Shown: positions 30,958 to 40,464, counted from the first letter of the stretch. The stretch: 64,000 nucleotides of DNA from Ottowia sp. (GCF_035348955.1 NZ_DAOPRM010000002.1), one strand, 5' to 3'. Notes: generated by a model not told the origin, from the letters alone. Program-made: numbers and translations.

Positions 30958-31584
30958 ATGCACGGGTCGCGCTTTCTCAATCAAACCGCTATGAAATCAG
31001 TCACTGTTGCCGCTGCTTTGATGCTGCTTGCGGGGCTTTCCCACGCCCAGGCCGACGAGGCGCGGGCCAAGAAGATCATCGGCGGCTCGTGCTTTCTGTG
31101 CCACGGCGCCGAGGGCGAATCGGCCAGCGAGGTGTTTCCGCGCCTGGCCGGGCAGAACGCCGACTACATCGCCAAGCAGCTGGAAAACTTCAAGACCGGC
31201 AAGCGCAAGAGCAGCGCCATGGCGCCGATGGTGGCGGATTTGAAACCTGACGAGATGGTCGCGCTGGGCCAGTTCTTCGCCAGCCGTCCGCCGCACAAGG
31301 AAGCCCCCAAGGACACGCAGCTGGCCGCCGTCGGCCAGTACATCTACAGCCAGGGCAACAAGTTCAGCGGCGTGCCGGCATGCGCCAGCTGCCACGGCCC
31401 CGACGGCGCTGGCAGCAACGCGCTGCCGCGCCTGGCGGGCCAGCACGCGGCCTATCTGGACAGCCAGCTCAAGCAGTTCAACAAGCGCGAACGCAACAAC
31501 GACAACGCCGTGATGCACACCGTGGTCGAGAAAATGACGGCGCTGGAGATGGCGGCCGTGTCCGAATACTTGAGCGGCAAGTAA
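30958..31584 (+). CDS. Diheme cytochrome c4 family
   Basis: CFLCH and CASCH, PRLAGQ twice; alternative start 30991. Confidence 0.9.
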   Translation: MHGSRFLNQTAMKSVTVAAALMLLAGLSHAQADEARAKKIIGGSCFLCHGAEGESASEVFPRLAGQNADYIAKQLENFKTGKRKSSAMAPMVADLKPDEMVALGQFFASRPPHKEAPKDTQLAAVGQYIYSQGNKFSGVPACASCHGPDGAGSNALPRLAGQHAAYLDSQLKQFNKRERNNDNAVMHTVVEKMTALEMAAVSEYLSGK

Positions 31585-31714
31585 GCCGACGCGCGGGACT
31601 CATCACCGTCGGCTGGCGCGGCGAGTAGTCACGGCGCCGCGCCGGCGCGGACCGACGCGGCGAGTCATACTCGGGTGATAGGGTGCGAATGGACGCACAC
31701 TGTCCGGGACCACC

Positions 31715-32140
31715 ATGAACGAGCCATTGCCCAACCCTTCATCGCCCGAAGTCGCCATGCCCGCCGACCCGCTGGACGCGCTCAATCGGCCCGCGGATCG
31801 CGCGAGCGGCGCCAATGCAGGGGACGATTCGCCGGTCCACCTTGAATTGCCAAGGGACCTTCAAGAAGTGGATCAGCGGATCGCGCGCCTGGCCTTGCTG
31901 TGCAAGGTTCGGCTGCTCGAACGCCCCGTCCTGCAGCGCGTGCTGGACAACGACGCCAGCGTTTGCGGCGCACCCAATGAACGGGCGTTCGTCGAGTTGC
32001 GCGGCCTGCTGGGTCTTCACTTCAAGATTCAGGACCAGCTGACCGACGAACTCACGCCCCAGGAATCGGCGCGCGTCATCGCCCAGATCCACGACACGCT
32101 GCGCGCGCGGTTGGGCCCGCACCTGGCTGAACTGGAGTGA
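31715..32140 (+). CDS. Hypothetical protein
   Basis: ATG-started ORF filling the gap; helical; no motif recognised. Confidence 0.6.
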   Translation: MNEPLPNPSSPEVAMPADPLDALNRPADRASGANAGDDSPVHLELPRDLQEVDQRIARLALLCKVRLLERPVLQRVLDNDASVCGAPNERAFVELRGLLGLHFKIQDQLTDELTPQESARVIAQIHDTLRARLGPHLAELE

Positions 32141-32229
32141 TGGCGCCACCACGGCTTCATGCGGCGTGAGATCACGGCACGACCGCCTGCCGCCGCGCCG
32201 ATCTGGTGCAGCCGCCGAAACCTCCACGC

Positions 32230-32715
32230 ATGGCCTCGAATGACCGCATGCGCGCCACGCTCAAGAGCGTGGCTGTGTTCGAAGCCCTGAAAGGCCTGGC
32301 CGCCTTGGGCGGACTGCTGGGGCTGCTGGGCTTGATGCACCACGACCTGCATCGCCTGGCGCTGGAGCTGATCGGCCACTTCGGTCTCGACCCGGCGGCC
32401 CATTACCCGGCGCTGCTGCTGCAGGCGGTGGATCGACTCAACGCCACGCCGTTGCGCACGCTCGAACTGTTGGGCGCCGCGTACGTCATCACCCGCTGGA
32501 CCGAGGCCTGGGGCCTGTGGCACGACCACGCGTGGGGCGAATGGTTTGGTGCGTTGTCCGGCGGCGTCTACATTCCGTTTGAACTGCGCCATCTCGCGCA
32601 CAAGCCCAGTTGGCAGGCTGCGCTGGTGGTATTGCTCAATGCGGCGCTGGTGACGGTGCTGCTGCTGCGCCTGCGCCAGCGCGCGCGGACGGCGGGCCGA
32701 TCGGCGACCGGCTGA
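32230..32715 (+). CDS. DUF2127-like membrane protein
   Basis: VAVFEALKG, EAWGLW...WGEW, YIPFE, VLLNAALV. Confidence 0.75.
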   Translation: MASNDRMRATLKSVAVFEALKGLAALGGLLGLLGLMHHDLHRLALELIGHFGLDPAAHYPALLLQAVDRLNATPLRTLELLGAAYVITRWTEAWGLWHDHAWGEWFGALSGGVYIPFELRHLAHKPSWQAALVVLLNAALVTVLLLRLRQRARTAGRSATG

Positions 32716-32718
32716 CCG

Positions 32719-33834
32719 TCAGGGCGCCAGCGGCACCACCACCGGCGCCTGCTGCGTGGGCGGTTGCGCGGTCTGCACCGGCTCGGCCAGCAGGCGGTCC
32801 ATCAGGCCGCCGCCGACGAACATGCCGGCCAGCGTGACCCAGGACGTGATGGCGAAGATGGCGCCGCCCGTCAGGCCCGCGCCCACCGCGCAACCGCCGG
32901 CCAGCATGCTGCCAAAGCCCATCAGCATGGCGCCGACGATGTAGCGCGCCATGCTGTAGCCGTCCTTGAAACCTTCCACCTTCCATTCGCGCCCGACCAG
33001 CGCGCCGAGGAACGAGCCGGCAAACACCGCCGGCAGCATGCCGGCGTCAAAGCCGAACGCCGGCGCCGGGTTGACCAGCACGCGCATCAGCCACTCGGCC
33101 GACGGGCCGCTGAAGGTGAGGCCCTGCATCTGCACCGCTTCAGCGCTGAACGAGGCCTGTGATACCGCGTAAGTGAACCACCACGCCAGGGCCACCGCCA
33201 GCCCGGTGCCGATGCCGCCCAGCCACATCCACACCCGGTTGGCCGTGCGGTGGGCGAAGAATATGGCGACGGCCAGCCAGACGATGCCCATCGCCAGGCC
33301 GTCCCACGGCCCGCCGCCCATGCGCGTCAGCACGTTGCGGGCCGCGCCGCCGTCCACCGTCCACCCACTGGAAATCGCGCTGCGCAGCGGCGCCAGGCTG
33401 CCCGACAGCGCGGCCTGTGCGGTGACGGCAAACACCAGCCCCGACAGCAGCGCGCGCAGGTTGCCGTTGGCCGACAGCACCAGCAGCCGGCTGGCGCAGC
33501 CGCGCGTCATGATCATGCCGCCGCCAAACAGCAGCCCGCCCACCAGCGCCCCCGACAGCGAGCCGCGGTTGCTGAGCTGGCGCGCGCCGCCCACGTCCAG
33601 CCAGCCCAGCAGCACCAGCCCCTGCACGGCCACGACGGCGGTGGCGAAGGTCAGCAGCCAGACCGAGAGCTTTTCGCCAAACTTGCCGTGCCAGAACTCG
33701 ATGACGGCCGCGCGCAGGCAAAAGCGAGAGCGCTGCGCACAAAAGCCGAACAGCGCGCCAATGGCGGCGCCACCCATCGCCAGCACCGCCGCCGTGCCGA
33801 AGCGTTCCACCCAGCTTGCCAATTCCATCGCCAT
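32719..33834 (-). CDS. YeeE/YedE (SoxT-like) sulfur-compound transporter
   Basis: RSRFCLRAA, TRGCASR, AGGCAVGAG; multiple TMs. Confidence 0.88.
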   Translation of the reverse strand: MAMELASWVERFGTAAVLAMGGAAIGALFGFCAQRSRFCLRAAVIEFWHGKFGEKLSVWLLTFATAVVAVQGLVLLGWLDVGGARQLSNRGSLSGALVGGLLFGGGMIMTRGCASRLLVLSANGNLRALLSGLVFAVTAQAALSGSLAPLRSAISSGWTVDGGAARNVLTRMGGGPWDGLAMGIVWLAVAIFFAHRTANRVWMWLGGIGTGLAVALAWWFTYAVSQASFSAEAVQMQGLTFSGPSAEWLMRVLVNPAPAFGFDAGMLPAVFAGSFLGALVGREWKVEGFKDGYSMARYIVGAMLMGFGSMLAGGCAVGAGLTGGAIFAITSWVTLAGMFVGGGLMDRLLAEPVQTAQPPTQQAPVVVPLAP

Positions 33835-33847
33835 CTTCAATAATTAA

Positions 33848-33863
33848 TTCAGCAATGACTTAT
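33848..33863 (-). promoter_or_regulatory. Putative sox-regulon operator in the divergent yeeE/soxH promoter
   Basis: rc ATAAGTCATTGCTGAA within an AT-rich 42-bp gap. Confidence 0.55.
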
Positions 33864-33876
33864 AAATATTAAGCGG

Positions 33877-34860
33877 ATGATGCATTCTGTGATTGATCGG
33901 CGTCAACTTCTTCAGCGTTGCCTGTGCGTGCCGCTCGGCGGCATGGCCTGGGCGCGCTATTCGGACGCTGCCGCGCAACCGGCGGCGCTGCCCGACATGA
34001 CGGCGCGCGAGGCGGCGCCCGGCTGCTGGTATGTCGAAGGGCTGTCGGCGCTGGGCTCGCCGGCCAACCAGAACTTCATCTCCAACGCCGGCTTCATCGT
34101 CACGTCGGCCGGCGTGGTGGTGATCGACGCGCTGGGCTCGCCCGCGCTGGCCGAGCGCCTGCTGGCCGAGATCGCCAAGGTCACTCCGCAAAAGGTCACG
34201 CATGTCGTGTTGACGCACTACCACGCCGACCACGTGTACGGGCTGCAAGTGTTCGAGCGGCTGGGCGCGCGCATCTACGCCCACCAGGCCGGGCGCGAAT
34301 ACCTGCACGCCGACACCGCGCGCCTGCGGCTGGAAGCCTCGCGCAAGGACCTGGCGCCGTGGATCGACGAGCGCACGCGCCTGGTGCCCGCCACCGAGTG
34401 GATCGACGCGCGCCGCGAAATCACCGTGGGCGACACGCGCCTGGTGCTGCAGCCGGTGGGGCCGGCGCACACGCCCGAAGACCTGGCGGTCTATGTGCCC
34501 GATAAAAAGGTGCTGTACGCGGGCGACCTGGTGTTCCGCAGCCGCGTGCCGTTTGTGGGCCAGGCCGACAGCCGCAACTGGATCGTCTCGCTCGACAAAC
34601 TGTTGGCCTTCGATGCCGCGGTCGTCGTGCCGGGCCATGGGCCGGTGTCGACCGAGGCGCGCAAGGACATGCAGCTGACGCGCAACTACCTGGCCTACCT
34701 GCGCAAGACCATGGGCCAGGCCGCGCGCGACATGACGCCGTTCGACGAAGCCTACAAGGCCACCGACTGGAGCGCGTACGAGCACCTGCCGCTGTTCGGT
34801 GCCGCCAACCGCATGAACGCGTACAACACCTACCTGCTGATGGAGCACGACCCCGAATGA
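33877..34860 (+). CDS. Tat-exported metallo-beta-lactamase fold protein (SoxH-like)
   Basis: RRQLL, SNAGF, THYHADH, AHTPED, VVPGHG. Confidence 0.85.
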   Translation: MMHSVIDRRQLLQRCLCVPLGGMAWARYSDAAAQPAALPDMTAREAAPGCWYVEGLSALGSPANQNFISNAGFIVTSAGVVVIDALGSPALAERLLAEIAKVTPQKVTHVVLTHYHADHVYGLQVFERLGARIYAHQAGREYLHADTARLRLEASRKDLAPWIDERTRLVPATEWIDARREITVGDTRLVLQPVGPAHTPEDLAVYVPDKKVLYAGDLVFRSRVPFVGQADSRNWIVSLDKLLAFDAAVVVPGHGPVSTEARKDMQLTRNYLAYLRKTMGQAARDMTPFDEAYKATDWSAYEHLPLFGAANRMNAYNTYLLMEHDPE

Positions 34861-35348
34861 GCGGGGGCGCGCCTTCGTCCTGCACGCGCCGCGCGGGTCT
34901 GCGGGCGCTGGGCCTGCTGGGCTGCGGCGCGGCGCTGCCGGCGGCGTGGGCGGCCGGGCGCGGCTTGCCGCTGTCCGCCTCATTGCCCGACGAACTGGCG
35001 CGCGCGCTGAAGGCAGGGCAGCCGCTCGTCGTCATGGTCAGCCTGCACGGCTGCCCGTGGTGCGAGCAGGTGCGCAACCACTACCTGGCGCCCATGCACG
35101 CGCAGGACGGCCTGCCGGTGGTGCAGGTCGACATGCGCAGCGCCCGCATGACGCGCACCGCGGGCGGCGAGGCGATGTCGCACGACGCGCTGGTGCGCGC
35201 CTGGGGCGTGAAGGTGGCGCCGACGGTACTGTTCCTGGGCCGGGGCGGGCGCGAACTGGCGGATCGGCTGGTGGGGGGCTCGACGGACTTCTATGCCGCC
35301 TACCTGGACCGGCGGCTGGAGCAGGCGCGCCAGGCGCTGGCCGCTTGA
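34857..35348 (+). CDS. Exported thioredoxin-like protein (SoxW/SoxS-like)
   Basis: GCPWC, VAPTVLFL; RR signal; ATGA overlap. Confidence 0.8.
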   Translation: MSGGAPSSCTRRAGLRALGLLGCGAALPAAWAAGRGLPLSASLPDELARALKAGQPLVVMVSLHGCPWCEQVRNHYLAPMHAQDGLPVVQVDMRSARMTRTAGGEAMSHDALVRAWGVKVAPTVLFLGRGGRELADRLVGGSTDFYAAYLDRRLEQARQALAA

Positions 35349-35357
35349 TCGATGCAG

Positions 35358-35421
35358 TATGGGCGTCCAATATGCCCCTTGCGCTTGTCTGACTTGGGTT
35401 TGTTGCTATTAATAAGTTAGC
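35358..35421 (-). repeat. Family B motif copy
   Basis: rc: gctaacttattaatagc-aacaa-accc-aagtcagacaa-gcgc-aaggggcatattggacg. Confidence 0.65.
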
Positions 35422-35451
35422 GATCGCCGATCGCTGCTACCGGAGACCGCC

Positions 35452-35781
35452 ATGAACGCTTCGCTGTACCGCTGGGCCTGGTCGATCTGTCTGGCCGGCG
35501 CCGTGCTGCCGGTGGGGGCGCAGACGCCCGCCATCTTCCAGGGCGCCGACCTGGCGCTGGGCGAAAAACTGATCGCGCAGAACAAGTGCAACCAGTGCCA
35601 CGCCAGGCAATGGGCGGACGACGGCAAGGCCATCTATCGTCCGCAGGGGCGCATCAACACGCCGGGGCTGTTGCGCGGCATGGTCGAGCAGTGCAACACC
35701 GAGATGAACCTGAGCCTGTTCCCCGAAGAAGTCACGGCCATTGCCGCCGTGCTCAACCGCGACCACTACCGGTTCCGCTGA
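35452..35781 (+). CDS. Small monoheme cytochrome c
   Basis: Signal peptide, CNQCH, LRGMVEQC, LNRDHYRF. Confidence 0.8.
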   Translation: MNASLYRWAWSICLAGAVLPVGAQTPAIFQGADLALGEKLIAQNKCNQCHARQWADDGKAIYRPQGRINTPGLLRGMVEQCNTEMNLSLFPEEVTAIAAVLNRDHYRFR

Positions 35782-35858
35782 CCGGCACTGCCGCCGCGCT
35801 GAATGCGGGGCGCGATTGGGGCAAACCCCATGGGGCACGCGCTACCCCAAGCCTTAAC

Positions 35859-35874
35859 ATAAGCGATTGCGCAT
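35859..35874 (+). promoter_or_regulatory. Putative sox-regulon operator upstream of soxC
   Basis: ATAAGCGATTGCGCAT. Confidence 0.55.
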
Positions 35875-35890
35875 ATAGCGAATAAAAAGC

Positions 35891-37264
35891 ATGACGAACG
35901 ACATCCTTTCCCCCGCGCCGGCCAGCGTGCCCGGCGGCAGGCTGCGCAAGGCGCCGGAAAATTTCCTCGACCCGGCGGGTGTGCGCACCGTGTTCGCCGA
36001 AGGCAAGCGCGGCCGGCGTGACTTCATCCGCAGCGCGTTTGCGGCGGCGCTGGCGGGCGGCGCCGCGGCGGGCGCGCAGGGCAAGTCGGTGGGCGAGGGC
36101 GATCCGGCCATCCTGAAGCTGCCGGCGCACAGCACCGGCCTGGGCCAGCCGGTGGCCACCGACGGCTACGGCCTGCCGTCCAGGTACGAAGGCAACGTGC
36201 AGCGCCGGCCCAGCCCGGGCCTGACGCAAACCAGCCAGGCGTCGGTGTCGTTCGCGCCGCTGCAGTCGCTGTTCGGCATCGTCACGCCCAGCGGGCTGCA
36301 CTTTGAGCGGCATCACCAGGGCTGGTGGGACATCGATCCGGCGCAGCACCGCTTCATGGTCAACGGCATGGTCAAGTCGCCCAAGGTGTTCACCATGGAC
36401 GAGATCATGCGGCTGCCGAGCGTGAGCCGCTTCCACTTCATCGAATGCGGCGCCAACACCGGCATGGAATGGGGCAACGTGGCCGTGCCCACCTGCCAGT
36501 ATTCGCACGGCATGCTTTCGTGCAGCGAATTCACCGGCGTGCCGCTGATCACCTTGCTGGAGCTGGCGGGCGCCGACCTGAAGGCCGGCAAGTTCGTGCT
36601 GGCCGAGGGCGCCGATGGCTCCAGCATGACGCGCACCATCCCCATGAGCCTGATCACCAGCGGCCAGGTGCTGGTGGCCTACGGCCAGAACGGCGAGATG
36701 CTGCGACCCGAAAACGGCTACCCGCTGCGCCTGGTGGTGCCGGGCGTGCAGGGCGTCAGCTGGGTCAAGTACCTGCGCCGCTGCGAAGTGGGCGACCAGC
36801 CCTGGGGCGCCAAGGACGAAGCGGTGCACTACATCGACCTGATGCCCGACGGCACGCACCGCCAGTACACCAGCATTCAGGAATGCAAGAGCGTCATCAC
36901 CACGCCCTCGGGCGGGCAGGTGCTGCTGGACAAGGGCTTCTACAACATCAGCGGCCTGGCGTGGTCGGGCCGCGGCAAGATCAGGCGGGTGGACGTGTCG
37001 GTCGACGGGGGCCGCAACTGGCGCACCGCGCGCCTTGAATCGCCGGTGATGGACAAGTGCCTGACGCGCTTCAACATCGACTGGGTGTGGGACGGCAAGC
37101 CCACCATCGTGCAAAGCCGCGCCATGGACGACACCGGCTACGTGCAGCCGACGTCGCGCGAATTGCGCGCGGTGCGCGGCACGCGCTCCATCTATCACAA
37201 CAACTCGGTCCAGTCGTGGCTGGTACAGGAAAACGGCGAGGTGAAGAATGTCCAGCTCGCGTGA
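35891..37264 (+). CDS. soxC: Sulfane-sulfur dehydrogenase molybdoprotein SoxC
   Basis: Tat RRDFI, TPSGLHFERHH, FIECGAN, GYPLRL, YHNN. Confidence 0.95.
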   Translation: MTNDILSPAPASVPGGRLRKAPENFLDPAGVRTVFAEGKRGRRDFIRSAFAAALAGGAAAGAQGKSVGEGDPAILKLPAHSTGLGQPVATDGYGLPSRYEGNVQRRPSPGLTQTSQASVSFAPLQSLFGIVTPSGLHFERHHQGWWDIDPAQHRFMVNGMVKSPKVFTMDEIMRLPSVSRFHFIECGANTGMEWGNVAVPTCQYSHGMLSCSEFTGVPLITLLELAGADLKAGKFVLAEGADGSSMTRTIPMSLITSGQVLVAYGQNGEMLRPENGYPLRLVVPGVQGVSWVKYLRRCEVGDQPWGAKDEAVHYIDLMPDGTHRQYTSIQECKSVITTPSGGQVLLDKGFYNISGLAWSGRGKIRRVDVSVDGGRNWRTARLESPVMDKCLTRFNIDWVWDGKPTIVQSRAMDDTGYVQPTSRELRAVRGTRSIYHNNSVQSWLVQENGEVKNVQLA

Positions 37265-38438
37265 CAAGCACGCCCCCAGGCTGCGCGGACTTCCGCTGGG
37301 GGCGACACCAGCCTCCCGGCCAAGCGGGATCGGCGTTGTCTCTCGAACAGCGCTCGCTGCCAGCAGCTTGCGCGTTGCCGTTGCCGCAGGCATGGCGGCC
37401 GCGCTGGCGCTTGGCGCCACGGCGGCAGTGGCGCAAGGAAAATTCCCCGGCATTGGCCGCGACGCCACACCGAAGGAAGTGGCGGCCTGGGACATTGACG
37501 TGCGCCCCGACTTCAAGGGCCTGCCGCCCGGCAGCGGCAGCGTCGCCAAGGGTCAGGACGTGTGGGAAGCCAAGTGCGCCGGTTGCCATGGTGTGTTCGG
37601 CGAATCCAACTCGGTGTTCTCGCCGCTGGTCGGCGGCACCACGGCCGAGGACGTGAAGACCGGCCGCGTGGCCATGCTCAAGCGCGCCGATTACCCCGGC
37701 CGCACCACGCTGATGAAGGTGCCCACCGTGGCGACGCTGTGGGACTACATCCACCGCGCCATGCCGTGGGACAAGCCCAAGTCGCTGACGCACGACGAGG
37801 TGTATGCCGTCACCGCCTTCCTGCTGAACCTGGGCCATGTGGTGCCCGACGACTTCACGCTGTCGGACAAGAACATCGCCGAAGTGCAGCACCGCCTGCC
37901 CAACCGCAACGGCATGAGCACCGCGCACGCCATGTGGCCCGGCAAGGAGCTGGGCGGCGCCGCCGCGCCCGACGTGCGTGCCACCGCCTGCATGAGTAAC
38001 TGCGGCCCCGAGCCGAAGGTGGCGTCGTCGCTGCCCGACCACGCGCGCAACAACCACGGCAACCTGCGCGAGCAGAACCGCACCGTCGGCCCGCAGCGCG
38101 GCTCCGACACCACCCGGGCCGAAGGCAAGCTGGGCGACGCCGCCGGCCCGGTCAAGGTGGTCGGCCCCGCCGGCGGTGCCGCCAGTCCCAACGCCGCGGC
38201 CATTGCCCTGACGCAAAAGCACGCCTGCACCGCTTGCCATAACATCGAAGGCAAGCTGGTTGGCCCGAGCTTTGTCGACATCGCCAAGAAGCACGGCGGC
38301 AAGGCCGACTACTTGGCCGGCAAGATCAAGGCAGGCGGCGCGGGCGTTTGGGGCGAAGTGCCCATGCCGCCACAGACACTGCCCGACGAGGACACCAAGG
38401 CCATCGCCGCGTGGCTGGCCGCGGGCGCCAGCAAATGA
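37248..38438 (+). CDS. soxD: Diheme cytochrome SoxD with repeat-derived N-terminal segment
   Basis: WDIDVRPD, CAGCHG, DYIHRAMP, PNRNG, CTACH. Confidence 0.93.
   Translation: MSSSRDKHAPRLRGLPLGATPASRPSGIGVVSRTALAASSLRVAVAAGMAAALALGATAAVAQGKFPGIGRDATPKEVAAWDIDVRPDFKGLPPGSGSVAKGQDVWEAKCAGCHGVFGESNSVFSPLVGGTTAEDVKTGRVAMLKRADYPGRTTLMKVPTVATLWDYIHRAMPWDKPKSLTHDEVYAVTAFLLNLGHVVPDDFTLSDKNIAEVQHRLPNRNGMSTAHAMWPGKELGGAAAPDVRATACMSNCGPEPKVASSLPDHARNNHGNLREQNRTVGPQRGSDTTRAEGKLGDAAGPVKVVGPAGGAASPNAAAIALTQKHACTACHNIEGKLVGPSFVDIAKKHGGKADYLAGKIKAGGAGVWGEVPMPPQTLPDEDTKAIAAWLAAGASK
37270..37362 (+). repeat. Degenerate family A-like repeat after soxC stop, in frame in the soxD N-terminus
   Basis: cccccaggctgcgcggacttccgctgggggcgacaccagc..ggccaagc..ggcgttgtc. 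Confidence 0.5.
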
Positions 38439-38488
38439 AGAGCTTGGGTTGAATGGGGATTTCCCCATCAACTTGATTCCCGTTAAGT

Positions 38489-38504
38489 ATTAGCATTGAC
38501 TTAT
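38489..38504 (-). promoter_or_regulatory. Putative sox-regulon operator upstream of soxY
   Basis: rc ATAAGTCAATGCTAAT. Confidence 0.55.
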
Positions 38505-38521
38505 TTTTAGGAGCAACCGCG

Positions 38522-38980
38522 ATGCAGACCCGTCGTCAAACCCTCAAGCAAAGCGCCGTGGTGGCTGGCCTGCTGGCCGGCACCGGCCTGTTCCCGCAGT
38601 ACGCGCTGGCCTTCAACAAGGCCGCGTTCGAGGCCAAGAGCCTGAACGACGCGCTGAAGGCGCTGGGCGCCTCGGGCGCGCCGGCGGCCAGTGGTGCGGT
38701 CACGCTCACCGCGCCCGACATCGCCGAGAACGGCGCCGTGGTGCCGCTGGCCGTGGCCAGCAGCCTGCCCAACGTCAAGCAGCTGGTGCTGCTGGTCGAG
38801 AAGAACCCCAACGCCCTGGTGGCGGTGTTCAACGTCACGCCCGAAGTCGACGCCAACTTCGCCACGCGCTCCAAGATGGGTGAAACCTCCGACGTCTACG
38901 CGGTGGCCATCACCGCCGACGGCAAGGCGCACTACGCCAAGAAGGAAGTCAAGGTCACTTTGGGCGGTTGCGGCGGCTAA
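38522..38980 (+). CDS. soxY: Sulfur carrier protein SoxY
   Basis: Tat TRRQTLK, PDIAENGAVVP, C-terminal VKVTLGGCGG. Confidence 0.97.
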   Translation: MQTRRQTLKQSAVVAGLLAGTGLFPQYALAFNKAAFEAKSLNDALKALGASGAPAASGAVTLTAPDIAENGAVVPLAVASSLPNVKQLVLLVEKNPNALVAVFNVTPEVDANFATRSKMGETSDVYAVAITADGKAHYAKKEVKVTLGGCGG

Positions 38981-38985
38981 CAAGG

Positions 38986-39085
38986 CCCCCCTGAGTCGCC
39001 TGCGGCGCCTTCCCCCAGGGGACAACGCCAGTGGCCGGGCAAAGCCCGCTCCACGGCGTTCCCGAACGGCCTGCTCCGCGGCCAC
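38986..39085 (+). repeat. Family A repeat between soxY and soxZ
   Basis: ccccctgagtcgcctgcggcgccttcccccaggggacaacgcc..ggcgttccc..ggcctgctccgcggcc. Confidence 0.85.
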
Positions 39086-39122
39086 ACGAGTGTTGAAAAG
39101 TTATTGAATCAGGAGAAAAGAC

Positions 39123-39434
39123 ATGGCAGACCCGATGCGAATTCGCGCTCAGGCCGCTGGCGACAAGGCCACGGTGCGCGTGCTGATGAGCCACGAAATG
39201 GAATCCGGACAGCGCAAGGACGCTTCTGGCAAGCTGGTGCCGGCGTGGCATATCTCGGACGTGACGGCCAGCCTGAACGGCAAGCCGGTGTTCTCGTGTG
39301 AATGGGGCGCGGCGGTGTCCAAAAACCCGTTTCTGCAGTTCAACGTCAAGGGCGCCAAGGCCGGCGACAAGATCAGCGTCACCTGGAAAGACAACAAGGG
39401 CGATACGCGCACCGACGAAGCCACGGTGTCGTGA
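39123..39434 (+). CDS. soxZ: SoxZ
   Basis: MSHEMESGQRKD, AVSKNPF, WKDNKG. Confidence 0.96.
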   Translation: MADPMRIRAQAAGDKATVRVLMSHEMESGQRKDASGKLVPAWHISDVTASLNGKPVFSCEWGAAVSKNPFLQFNVKGAKAGDKISVTWKDNKGDTRTDEATVS

Positions 39435-39576
39435 CCGATTGGCGCATGGCAGTTCCGCAGCACGCTCGACCAGGGGTCGTGCGGGTGTGCCGTGCGCCCT
39501 GGCCGCCGCCGGATGTGGCCACCTGGCGCCATGCATCGGGTGTGATGCGGCCCGGTTAGTCCCATGCGCAGCAGAC

Positions 39577-39612
39577 AGCGGGCGTGCCCCAATCCACGCC
39601 CGCTTTGTTTTT
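39577..39612 (+). terminator. Intrinsic terminator-like hairpin between soxZ and soxA
   Basis: agcgggcgtg-ccccaatc-cacgcccgct (perfect 10-bp stem) + ttgttttt. Confidence 0.65.
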
Positions 39613-39640
39613 GGTTATTCAGGAAGTAGGAGACAAGCCC

Positions 39641-40450
39641 ATGAGCAATACGATCCGGGTGGCCTGCGCCGCCTTGCTGGTCGGCCTGACCGGCGCGCAT
39701 GCGCTGGCGCAGGATAAGACCTCCATCCAGGCCATCGAGGAATACCGTGAGATGCTGCAGGACGGCAACCCCGCCGACCTGTTCGAGGCCAAGGGCGAAG
39801 AGTTGTGGAAGAAGGCGCGCGGCCCGCGCAACGCCTCGCTCGAACGCTGCGACCTGGGCCTGGGCCCGGGCGTGGTCAAGGGGGCTTTCGTGCAGCTGCC
39901 GCGCTACTTCAAGGACACCGGCAAGGTGCAGGACCTGGAATCGCGCCTGGTCACTTGCATGACCACGCTGCAAGGCATCGACGCCAAGGACATCGTCAAC
40001 GGCCAGTGGGGCCGTGGCGAGCGCGCCAACACCACCGCACTGGCGACCTGGATCGCCGCGCAATCCAAGGGCATGGCGTTCAACCTGCCGCAGTCGAACG
40101 AGCAGGAACGCGTGATGTACCAGGTGGGCAAGCGCCTGTTCTACCAGCGCGGCGGCGCGCACGACTTTGCGTGTGCGTCATGCCATGGCGAAGAAGGCAA
40201 GCGCATCCGCCTGCAGGATTTGCCGCTGCTCACCAAGAACCCCGGCGACGGCGTCGGCTTTGCCGCTTGGCCGGCCTACCGCGTGTCCAACGGCCAAATG
40301 TGGAGCATGCAGCACCGGCTGAACGACTGCTATCGCCAGCAGCGCTTCCCCGAGCCCGACTTCGCCAGCGACGTCACCGTGGCCCTGGGCGTGTACCTGG
40401 GCGTCAACGCCAAGGGCGCCAAGTCCGCCGTCCCGACCATCAAGCGCTGA
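39641..40450 (+). CDS. soxA: SoxA (monoheme type)
   Basis: DGNP, LPRYF.D, single CASCH, WPAYR, RLNDCYRQQR. Confidence 0.95.
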   Translation: MSNTIRVACAALLVGLTGAHALAQDKTSIQAIEEYREMLQDGNPADLFEAKGEELWKKARGPRNASLERCDLGLGPGVVKGAFVQLPRYFKDTGKVQDLESRLVTCMTTLQGIDAKDIVNGQWGRGERANTTALATWIAAQSKGMAFNLPQSNEQERVMYQVGKRLFYQRGGAHDFACASCHGEEGKRIRLQDLPLLTKNPGDGVGFAAWPAYRVSNGQMWSMQHRLNDCYRQQRFPEPDFASDVTVALGVYLGVNAKGAKSAVPTIKR

Positions 40451-40464
40451 AAGAGAGCCCACCC

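Noticed and set aside
30988-31050. Possible family B copy in the cytochrome c4 signal peptide
   Set aside because: Only gctatgaaatcagt resembles the motif and the GCGC anchors are poor; not counted.
39431-39559. 42-codon GTG ORF overlapping the soxZ stop
   Set aside because: No motif or codon support, and it does not reach soxA; likely chance.
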